DNA from: Selaginella moellendorffii
Lineage: Eukaryota; Plantae; Lycopodiophyta
Length of the DNA stretch: 64,000 nt
Assembly: GCF_000143415.4 (NCBI RefSeq)
Contig: NW_003314261.1
Coordinates: forward strand, 6,298,822 to 6,362,821
Reading direction: 5' to 3'
Below, one piece after another: positions 13,301 to 24,457 of the stretch (within the stretch, counting starts at the first letter, position 1; each line of letters begins with the position of its first letter). The notes beneath the pieces were generated by a model. It searched no databases and was not told where the DNA came from. It saw nothing but the letters and a program-made list of their open reading frames with translations. The position numbers were made by a program, and so were the translations under genes.

Positions 13301-13715
13301 ACTAAGACTATTCCTATAGAGATGCACAAGAGGCCAACATAAAAAGGTAAGGCAGTTAAATTTATTGGTACCGTCTCCAAGCAGAAGCAGGGTAAAATAA
13401 ACTTAGCTCAAACACTTGAGTGTGAGATTCTCTCTACGAAGTACATCACTGTACTTGCAAAGGAGTACATAATCAAAATAGAAGGTGGAGAGTACACAAT
13501 TGCCATTCACGACTTTCCTTCTTACACATGTCCAAACTTTACGAAGCACGAGGAACATGGGAGGGCATATGCTCCTTGCAAGCATATGTACTACATTTTT
13601 ATTAATGTCTTGCACTAGGATTCTAAAGTGGATATTCATATACACAAAGCAAGGTTTACTATTGTTGAGTTGCAGAAAACTTTTGGAGCTAACTAGATTT
13701 CTTCAACACTATTGA
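10345..13715 (+). pseudogene. MULE (Mutator) transposase with DDE domain and C-terminal SWIM finger, disrupted
   Basis: ORF 11934-12335: GFITDGVGANWNGVRAVFG...RTCEFYW (MULE D and CxxH region, H->Y). 13480-13610 translates YTIAIHDFPSYTCPNF...PCKHMYYIF (SWIM CxC...CxH, one C->Y). Short introns, stops and frameshifts; start position approximate. Confidence 0.85.
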
Positions 13716-14747
13716 TGTTTATTCTCTATCAATAAAACTTATTATACTTTATATAATTAATAAAAAAGTATTTTTTCATTTCATTTTTCATTTTATATGC
13801 TTCTGATTGTTTTTTTCGCAATACTACCCATAGTACTCATGTGTCTTCATTTTTGTCTTTACCATCTCAAAAAAGATTTCATGGTAGTCTTTTGGGTGCA
13901 TGATGTTGTAGTGTGTAGCGAGAGCATATGTACCATCATATTAATCATCGTCATTTTTTCCACCAGATGCTAGAAAACATATGGGCATTTCTTGAAAGTG
14001 GCAGAATTACACTTTTCTAAAACAAAAGAGCATTTTTTTTCACCCAATTTGTTATACCCTTTGTCATTGCATTTATCTCCAACTCATGATCACTATCTTC
14101 ACTATCCTCTCTTTCATTCTCTTATGTGGTTTCGCAATGGGATAGTTATTGCATTTCCTAGCCCTTGAACCTTGAAAAGAAAGATTGTGAGAGTTAAAAT
14201 TAGCAACACTAGAACCTATAGAAATTTGTATGTATTTCCCTTTTTTTAAATGAGAGTGTGAATGAAGATTTATAAATTCTAGATAATATGCTATGGCAAA
14301 CCCCTCAAGAATGTATTCTAGAAAAAAACCAAGTCTTTCTTTTATATGCAATAACCATACATCAATGGTTATTTCAAACGGTTATATTGCTTTACATAGA
14401 ATCTTATTTCAAATTTAATAATTTTTTTAATTCTGACAAACCTGACATTTACTAGCTAGAAAGCATAGAGTACAAATTTAAAGAAATGACAAGAATACTC
14501 TTTTTGCAAACATTTTATTTTATATTCTAACAAACATCCCTATTATTGCTTATAGTAAATATTTAAATTATAAGAACAAGAAGTGTCCTTTAGAACATTT
14601 TTATCTATATAATATATAGAGAGTTATGAAATTATTAGATTTGCTATAACCTTAAAATTTTAAACTTTATAATGTTTGTACTAAATTACAATTGAAAATT
14701 GAACTTAACTCGTGAGCTCAACTCTTCAGCTCGTGAGTTCAAATATG

Positions 14748-15655
14748 GTCTACGCTTATGCTAAATAAACATAAGGTAGGAACCTCTATATGTTTCTTGC
14801 TAAGCATATTGGCCTGGTATGAGAAATTTATATATTGGCTTACATTTGTTAGTGTTTGGAATTTTTATGTTATTGAGTTTGGTCCCTCAATACTTGCTAG
14901 ATGATAGTTTATTATGTCTACCAAAACACTTTTGCTATCATGCCCCATATGTTGGTTTTGTTTTGGAAAGTGTATAGATTTATTGGTTGGGTATATCTAT
15001 TGAATATAAAGATTGTCATGAACACAATACCATGTCCAAATTTGCAATCTAACATTATTTTATATTTAATAAATTTTCATGATTATCCTAGAGAATAACT
15101 TTTGGGACTAGGGTGAAAGCCCAAAGCATTCATTCCTCAAAAGGGGGTTCCAAATTTATAGTAGGGATAGTGGGTAGGTTGAGACCTGAGTGATAGTTTA
15201 ACTCCCACTTATATGGATACTCCATTAATTAGCATGGTATAGAGCTTGGACTTAGACCCTAATTAGATGCAAAACAAAGACAAAGACACTTATATTCTTA
15301 CATTACACAACTAATGTGTTAAAATAGTGCTAAACTCCATTTAACTCCATTTTGTGTGTTAATCCTAGCATTAGGATGTTAGATGCTCTAAGACTATTCC
15401 TATGCCATTCCATACTCCTATCCCTGTGCTCCTTAAGTAAAATACTCAAAAGTTATTTTGTGCTTTAGTTCCTTCACTTCTTAACTCTGTATCTAGAAAT
15501 TTAACTCCATCATTTCATTCTTTGGCCCAAGGCCCTAAAATTTGGGTTCCACTCTACTACCCTTAGCCCATATGTCCAAAGGTTTAAGTTCCGCTCCGTG
15601 GTTATTCTATGATAAATCATGATAGAGTAAAGGGTGAAAACCATATGTGCTAAAA
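14748..15655 (+). mobile_element. Old truncated copy of LTR family B, opposite orientation to the copies at 22.9-40.8 kb
   Basis: Reverse complement matches LTR 33523-34530 (terminus at ~15650, GGGTGAAAGCCCAAA at ~15111, GGTCCCTCAATA at ~14881); heavily AT-shifted. Confidence 0.85.
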
Positions 15656-17331
15656 AAAAATTTAAAATTTATTATCTCTAAATGAGAATATATTTCTCAC
15701 TTTTGTTATTTTAAAATTCTTTTACCTCTACCACTATTTTAGTATTGTAGGTGGACAGCAAATGCCCCCATAACCTCATAGTGACTTGAACATTCATAAA
15801 GGCTATGCTGAACTTGTCCATGGGAAGAAGGTTAATTATGAAATTCAAAGGTGTACCATTTCTTTTGTTAATTAGAACAAGAAATGACTTATAGACATGA
15901 TTGATGAATAAGATAGATAATAAAGCTAGAATAGTAGCATTGAATTAACCCTTTTCATCACACTTATGGTTGATAAGCTAATCAAAGTTGCATAACACTT
16001 TTATAATAGATTTGACAAAGTATACAAATTAGATTTTTTTTTAACTTGAAGTTTATAATCAAAATGAGCCATTTACTTTTGCTTTTATTTTCTCTATGAT
16101 GCTAGTGATGGTTAGTGTAGCTTGTGCAAAGCTTCAAACCACCACTAAGAGAGCAATTTCAATATTATCCATTGATGAAGAGGTAAATGTTTTATTTTGT
16201 ATATCTTCTCAGGCAAAGCAGAAGAAGCAAGCTTAGGCAAAATGGAGTTACATCTAAGTTTAGGCATCCAAAGAAGAAAGACCCAACCTATGCAAAAACA
16301 GTTAAGAATAATTATAAAATTATGTAATATACAAGTAGCACTTAGACATGCTGGAAAAGAACTCCCACTCACTATTGTATGCATTTGCATTAAATTAACT
16401 ATCTTTTCTTCCACTTATAACTATTTGTGTAAATAGAGGTGAGAGAGTGACATATACTTATCCTTATTCATGCTTTTGAGGTTCAAGGCTAAATTCTTTT
16501 ATATTCTTTTTCTCTCTTCTCCACTTCCATGTTCTCATTTTTATTTGTTGGTCACTGTTTTGTAGCTAGTGGAAAACATGAGTATAGGTAGAAAAAGCCT
16601 TATTGACTTTTGGCGACCATGGTGGGATAAGCCGTCACTCTTTGGCGTGAAAAATAGCTGAGAGAAAATTGTTTATGAATTCCAAATGTGCTCAACACTA
16701 AGAATCATAAGTAAATCTCTTCAATGATTGTAGAGACCCTGAGCCTAAACAACAATGAACAAAGGAGATCTTTTTTACGATTATAGTGGTTTAGTGCCCA
16801 AACAACGCAAGAAAGCAGTTCTTCAACTGTCATATAAGCCACAAAGCTTGGGACAAGTTTGAAATTGGAATTTAGTATATATTGCCAAGAAACTCAAATT
16901 CAAATTGTTTCATTAGCAATTTTGTTGAGAAAAATCTAAAAGAAGAAAGAATGGAATTTGTTTGATGTAAAAAATACAATCGACTACTCTAGAATTCTTT
17001 CCTTCTGAATGAGTTCTTGGTTTTTAAAGGACACATTTTTTAACAATGTATCACAATTTTTCTAGGGAACAACAAAAGGCCTTGTTCTTAGTATCTTTCT
17101 TCTTTGAATGATAATGCTTTTGAAGACTACTCTATAGCATATATCAAATCCAATAAATATGTTTTATACAAATTTATCTTCCTTTTACTTGCTTCAAAAT
17201 AATACTAACTCCAATGCTTACTCTTGGAGAGATTCATAATTGTGGTGTATATGAGGTCCTCAAGTGGTTGGTTCTAATGAAAAAGATAACATTAAAATGC
17301 AACAAAAATAAAGAAGAAATAAGAGACCTCA

Positions 17332-20300
17332 TCTCTTCCAACCACTCTATCCCACAAAAGGAAGTAGTATATCTTGGCTTTATAAATGGTACAATATAAA
17401 GGAAAATTCTTGCAAAACCAACACTTGAATCCAATAATAACAATGTCACAGGCAAGAGGATTAATTGTAGACTCTTCAAAAAATATAAAATTTCTATAGC
17501 CGTTTTGATTATATATTTCATCCATGCAATTTAAATGCCTACTACAATGAACTATAAACATTGTTCAAAATGTTAGAAGTGTGTGGTCTTGATATTACAC
17601 TAGTTTTAAACATCCTACTTAGTCTCCATCCCTTTTCATTTAGAACTAATGTTGTTGATAAAAGGCTTTAAATCAAAGAAGATATTGTTGTTGTAGTAGG
17701 ATGGAAGCTCACTCATGGGTTTATATAGAAATAGGTGTATGTTGATTGAGAAGTGGGAAAAGTGGAAAGCATTACTAATAACTTTGAATATTATTAAAGA
17801 TGAAGCTCATGAATTTGGGGCTGACACTAGCATAACTTGTCCACTTGAATTAGAAGAGGAGGAAAGGATGATAACTAACTCTTTCTTCACATTCACTTTG
17901 GCTTAAACACTTTGATTGTAAATCCAAAAACTTGAATCTTCTTGAACTTTGAATTCTGCAAATTTTATTATTATCCACCCTTGCCCACAATAGAAAGAAA
18001 AAACATTGAGTAGCAACCATACTAGTGTTGTTGTGGATCACAACCTCTAACAAAATAGAGTCAAGATAAAAATTAAAATGGCGATATAAAAACTTTTAAA
18101 AACATGACTTTGAGAGAACAAAAGCGGTGGATGATCTAAAAAATGTAGAAGAACCTTTTCATCCTTCTTTATAGGTTTTGGAGTTTTCTATCTCCCTTAT
18201 GCTACTTATAAAAATCTATAGTGAAACATAAATTAAGATTTAAGGAGAGCAATAAGAAGAATAATAACAATGTACAATAATATAAATACTATAGCATATT
18301 TAATATGTGTAAGTGTGATAGTATTATCATGTGTTCTGCTGTCTATTACATGCACACAAATCCAAGAAAAGGTTTTCAGCATGTGAAGTTTGATTGTTAG
18401 TGATGATAGTAATGACATTTTGCTTTGGCATGGAGATCCAAAATATCTGATCACATGTAAAATATTAGTAGTTTGTCAAATCTTTAGTGTTTGGTGATGT
18501 CAGTAATGATAATTCTTCAATGACATAGTTTTGATTCTCAATATGAGTTGAATTTTAGCCATATATGCAAATACTGCTCAATGACATTTAGAGCATGTGC
18601 CTATAATTTATGTTCATACACAATATAAAACAAATTTATGGATGAGGATTCATCCATTCATAGATTAAAATAATACAATATATTTAATATATTAATACAA
18701 CATACCAGATTTATACTATTTAAAGTTCTGTCACAAATCCAAAATATGTATGAAATCTTGTTGAGAATGCATCCTTTCTATATAATGGGAAAACTAATAT
18801 TAATATATATATATATATATATATATATACCATCATTTATAAATTTTAAAAAAATTCATATATAATATGAATGTATCTTATGTTATTGATAAAATAAAAT
18901 AGGGTATAGGTCAAGTACTTTCTGATCTATACCCTCGAGGGCCTGAGGTTATTCAAATAACCTCAGGCCCCTGGACCCGGAAAGTGCCCGAGGTCGAGCT
19001 CGGGCTCCCCACCTCAGGCACTTTCTGGCCTCGAGGGCCCGAAGTTATTCAAATAACCTTGGGCCCCCGGACCCGGAAAGTGCCCGAGATTCAGCTCTAG
19101 CTCCCCACCTCGGGCACTTTCTGGCCTCGAGGGCCCGAGGTTATTTAAATAACCTCGGGCCCTCGGACACGGAAAGTGCCCGAGGTCCAGCTCCGGCTCC
19201 CCACCTCGGGCACTTTCTGGCCTTAAGGGCCCGAGGTTATTCAAATAACCTTGGGCCCCCGGACCCGGAAAGTGCCCGAGGTCGAGCTTGTGCTCCCCAC
19301 CTTGGGCACTTTCTAGCCTCAAGGGCCCGAGGTTATTCAAATAACCTTAGGCCCCTGGACTCCCAAATTGCCCAAGGTCCAACTCAAGCTCACCACCTCG
19401 AGTGGTTTTTAGCCTCAGGTGAGCTCAATAGTGCCACTAACATTATATCAAATCTTATGATTGAGTAGATGTGCAATCCATTCCTAGGTATTGATTTGAA
19501 ACTCTATCAGCAATATAAGTTTTTCTTGAGCTCTATTACCCACTAGATAGTATTGTGATTGATTGCACAATAAGTAATGGTTCTATAGTAGAGGTAGCAT
19601 ATGATTCTAGTAGATCGGTGTTTGCTATTAAAGAACATCATTTATTCAAACATTGGCTTAGAGTTACCTCTAACCTCAAGGAGGTAAATTATATTTATTA
19701 AGATTTTAATACATGTTTAGTTTTGTTTTATAGATCATAGTCACCTAGAGTTAGAGGTTTTAAAAGTCTCCCAAAATATGCAAAATCTATAGCTTAACAA
19801 ATGCAAAATAAGCACAATCTCAATATAGAAGAAGGCATAGAAGGAAATGATATATTGATGATGAGATAGAAGAAAGTTTTATTTGAGAAGAAAATCCTAT
19901 CATATATCAAAATGTCAGTAATAGTTGTCAATGTTAATATCATATTCCATAATTGCAAATTAGTATTCTCACATGCAACTGTCAGTTTGTAATGCTTATG
20001 TGTTGCTATCTCATCCTTCAATATCATGTCAACAATTATATATGAAGTGATAACACCCTTTATATAGTAGTTGCGGTAGTGCTTAAGAAAACTATAAAAG
20101 CCCATAAAAATATCCTAACCCAAGAAAAAAAAGGCATATTAGGCATCTTAGTATCAAACTCTCAATTTGTTCATTAATTCCCACTAAATCAAGAGTAAGT
20201 TCTTCTATGGATTGGGTGTAGTAGATTTCAACTTGAAGAAACTCCCCTTTGTCAATAGCTTAAAAAACCCATATTTTACACTAGCCAATGCATTATTTCC

Positions 20301-21979
20301 CAAGGGGATATTATTCCTCACCATGAAGCAATAGTGGGTATATGTTCATAATTTATTCTTGAATTTATTGTACATCCACACTTTTAGACCTGTTGTTAAG
20401 CAATTGCTATAGTGCTTAAGGAAATTTTGTAATGAAGACATTTTTCTTGTCCAAAAAATCAGTAGCATACTAGACATTGAATATAATAGCATTTTGTGAT
20501 TTTAAGCAGTCTTGTTATATTAAGAGCATAATCTTGCAAAAACATGTGGCACTACTCTTAAAGTGTTGGAGGTATCCCTCTCTAGTAACAATATTCAAAA
20601 TTTTGTATATAGAGAGCTCTAATTCAACTTCATAAAAACCACAATAGAAAAAAGATTGTAATGTGGTTATAGTGGAGGTGAATGTGGAATGTTAGTAAAC
20701 TTTAGGGATGAAGGTGGAGACAAATATAAGGTGTTAGGGACTTATGTATGAGTAGCAATGACTTTCCTTTGAGCCATTTCTATATTAAATTTTTTAAGAG
20801 CTTAAGGATAATAAAAATACTATAATAACTAACTTTTCTTGGCATTTATATATTAATTTTTAGTCTTGGGAATGAGGTTTATTTATTATGACATTAATAA
20901 TACTCAGATTCTTGAAATGTCAATCTCAAAAATGAGATTTCATAATCATAGCCTACTTATGAATAGAAGAGCTTCTAGAATTCTAGATACACATGATAGA
21001 ATATTTATCATTCTAATGACCATCTATATATATTCTTTTCTACACTTGTGCCAACTTTCTAGAAAAATACACAACAGGGAAATATAAACTATATTATAGT
21101 AGTAGAGTATGCAAGCACGTAGGCCCATATGCATTCTCTTATATGAGATTATCTTTCAATCTTGGAAATGTAGATAAATTTGATTCTTTGATGTGATATC
21201 ACTTTTAAGTCTTTTAAAAGATTTTAATTTCTATTATTATTATTCACAAATAACTCTCGAAAAATGCTAGTGATGATTCATCAAAAAAATATACCTTGGT
21301 CTTCTCATATAGGAGGATTGCGCTGTAGGAAGGCAAGTAGAGTTTTTTTATATGAATTAATATATAAATTACTCTATAGAAAGCTCTATAGAGTAGATAT
21401 GTTTTCTTTTTTTTGTTTTTGCTATGTTCATTTCTTCATTTCTTTTGTTCTAGACTATTGTTTTAGAGGAAATATGAGCATTTTTATTAAAAGTGATAAT
21501 AGTCTTTACATTCCCGGATGGGTAATAAGGACTAAGAGTGTAATATAAAGATTATGATAGTGACAGGAAATTAATATTCTCACATTGATTTGCCCTATTT
21601 ATAAATTTTTTATTTTACTTAAGAACTCTAGAATGAATGAAATAGTACCAATATACACTATTAATGGCTACCCTTTAAAAATTTTATCTTGATTCATATT
21701 TAGGTTTTTTTAACAAATTGCAAGAAAATCAAAATATGATAGTTGTAAAGATAGTCTTTAGTAAGAAAATAGATAGGTTCTCATGAACTTTATCTTTTCT
21801 AAATAACTCAATTTAGTAAAAACTTTTGACTTAGGTATTTATATATTTTAATATTTTAAAGTTTATCAAAACTTTAACTTTTTTAACATAGATTTTCTTT
21901 GTAAGAGTTATAGTTGACTGCATTGACTTACATTGACTTGTGCTGAATTGAGCTCAACTCAACTCTGGACCATCCCCTC
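17332..21979 (-). mobile_element. MULE copy 2: inverted, internally deleted relative (terminus, palindrome array, promoter, 5' part of transposase)
   Basis: 17332-18782 is the reverse complement of ~9770-11230, and 20258-21979 is the reverse complement of 2773-4437; block order is collinear with copy 1 minus the cargo gene. Confidence 0.75.
18933..19415. repeat. Tandem array of five 96-bp units, each with two palindromes
   Basis: GTTATT(C/T)AAATAAC starts at 18948, 19044, 19140, 19236, 19332; perfect 38-bp palindrome at 19128-19165; second stem GAAAGTGCCCGAGGT/ACCTCGGGCACTTTC. Confidence 0.95.
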
Positions 21980-23929
21980 ATATGTTAATTAAGCTTTTGC
22001 CAGATAAAGTAGTCGAGAGGCTTTACGCTATAAACGGAGAATAGAAAGTTATAGAGCTTGCTGCTAAGCATAGATGTGAGTTTTAGGGACATTGTTATTG
22101 TCACTTTGATCTTTAAATAACTAAAATAGTCTTAGAGATATTAGAAATAATCTTAGAGATTTGTCTAAAAAGTTGAAATATCTTTAGACACTCCTAGAAA
22201 TTCTGAAATACATTGCAAAACTCAAAAATCTGTTATACAAACTTAAGTACAGACTTGTATTGACCATAACCGCCTGTTAGCAAAGAGGCTAAAGAGAAAT
22301 TTGCGTTGAAAAACAATTTTTGAGTTATCACATATTTGAAAAGCTTTTTACATCATTCCACAAGAAAATTAATCTAGAATAGGCTATCATGTATTAGACA
22401 ATTTAACTTTTATATTGATTCCACATGGCAATTTCATGGAATGGTCTTCACATCTCATTCAAATTAGTCTTTTGTGTTGATCCATTTAGAAAAGGTTTGC
22501 CCAAAGATTTGCCAAAAGCAATAAGCTACTCTTTATAATTCCACAATTATAAAGGCAAAGTTGGCTATAAGCTAGAGGGTAAGACCTATTATGAAGCAAG
22601 CAAACTACTTTGGAATTGGCTATCATGTACTAAAGATCTTACATTGAATTAATCTTAACTACACTAGGCATGGGTAGAAAGGAAAAAACCTCTTATGCAC
22701 CTAGGTGGAGAGATTGAGGATTGACAACCCTCCACTATCCTAATAGAAGTTGAATGGGGGGGTAAACAAAATGTGAATGTTTACTAGCAATCCACCACAC
22801 CTATCAGAAGATATATTTTTCTTATAGATCAAAATGAAAGTTAGTTGATCCCCACTATAGTGCACATGGTTTTTACCTTTTATTCTATGGTGATTTACCA
22901 TAGGATAACCATGAAACAGAACTTAATGTAAGTGACTAATTTTTCCATTCTACTTTAGTCACTTAACCACACCTCCAACCACTTGGAGGAGTCTCATTCA
23001 CAACCTCCATAAGTCCCATTCAGGACTTGGGGCTTGCTAGCCCCGAGAATGGCATCCATGCCACTCAACCTTTGCACTTGGTCCAAGTGCTCCACGTGTC
23101 CGATCCCATGACCGACACCCAAAGGTACCACTGACATCTCGGCCCGTTACGCTAAGGCCATGCCCATTCACCTTTGCTGCGCAAATGGTCCAATACCACT
23201 TGCATCACCATCCCGTCTCTCCAAGACTGGGCCATCTATCTACGAGGGGTCATCCTAGATCCACTCCTTAGCATCCTTAGGATGCCCACAGACTTGGGGA
23301 ATCGCCTTCCCCAAAGTCCCTTTGTCAGTTCCTACCAAGTCCCTTTCTGCCCCTGGCCGTGTTTGCCAACACTGCCACTGGATCGAGGCCCACAGGCCCG
23401 ACCACTAAGTCCCACGGTCCTCTAGGACTTCCTCACCACACGACTGTGTCCTTGGTCACTACCCCAGAGGACTGCTCCTCTTCCTTTCCACAGTCTGGGT
23501 CTTTGGGACGACATTTCGAAACACCGTGGCCTTACGCGAGCCACCTGGGTACTCTCCCCACCTATCGCCTTTAGGTGCTCTAGCCATGGGCTTAGAGCGA
23601 GGTTCCGTTGAGCCACGCCTGGTATCCAAGTAGGTAGTGCCACCCACACTTGGACTGGGAGCATTGGCCAGTCGATCTCCTGGGGGAACTAGAGCCGGCT
23701 CTTGAACACTTCACCAAGCTACCCCGCTTGTTGGTCCGTATTCACTCTAGTCTTGGACTTCCCAGTGGTCAGTTCATCACCCAACACTGGGTCTGGCCTT
23801 CCTGGGCCAAACTGGCCTTTCCTGGCCAAACTGGCTCCACTGCAGTCCTCCCCCTACTATACTTTTGGAGCTCACCAAACCCCCCAGGGTCTGGGAGACG
23901 AACGCTTTGGGCTTTCACCCTCTCAGGCT

Positions 23930-24457
23930 CCGGACTCGGACTCGGACTCGGACTCGGATTCGGATTCGGACTCGGACTCGGGCTCGGGCTCGGTCTCGGT
24001 CTCGGTCCCGATCTCGGTCTCGGTCTCGGTCTCGGTCCCGGTCTCGGTCTCGACTTCGGACTCCATCTCGGACTGCATCTCGGACTCCATCTCGGACTCC
24101 ATCTCGGACTCCATCTCGGGTCCATCTCAGGTCCATCTCGGACTCCATCTCGGACTCCATCTCGGGTCCATCTCGGACTCCATCTCGGACTCCATTTCGG
24201 GTCCATCTCGGACTCCATCTCGGACTCCATTTCGGGTCCATCTCGGGTCCATCTCGGACTCCATCTCGGACTCCATCTCGGGTCCATCTCGGACTCCATC
24301 TTGGACTCCATCTCGGACTCCATCTCGGGTCCATCTCGGGTCCATCTCGGACTCCATCTCGGACTCCATTTCGGGTCCATCTCGGGTCCATCTCGGACTC
24401 CACTTCAGACTCCAACTCGGGTCCACCTCGGACTCCACTTCGGACTCCATCTCGGAC
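23930..24457. repeat. Compound minisatellite in the 3' LTR of element A (CTCGGA, CTCGGT, CTCGGACTCCAT, CTCGGGTCCAT units)
   Basis: Directly visible; counterpart at 29792-30242 has fewer units. Confidence 0.95.

Larger units (their letters stand above)
2773..14745 (+). mobile_element. MULE/Mutator-like DNA transposon, copy 1 (cargo gene on -, transposase on +), right end truncated
   Basis: Terminus GAGGGGATGGTCC at 2773 with GAGTTGAGCTC subterminal repeats; contains MULE transposase motifs; inverted GAGCTCAACTC-type repeats recur at ~14700-14740 just before an LTR fragment. Confidence 0.7.

Noticed and set aside
16608-16630. PBS-like TGGCGACCATGGTGGGA marking another LTR element
   Set aside because: No clear CA-ending LTR, partner LTR or gag-pol nearby; too weak to call
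18933-19415. CRISPR-like array of palindromic repeats
   Set aside because: Intervening sequences are near-identical rather than unique spacers, no cas genes are present, and the context is eukaryotic
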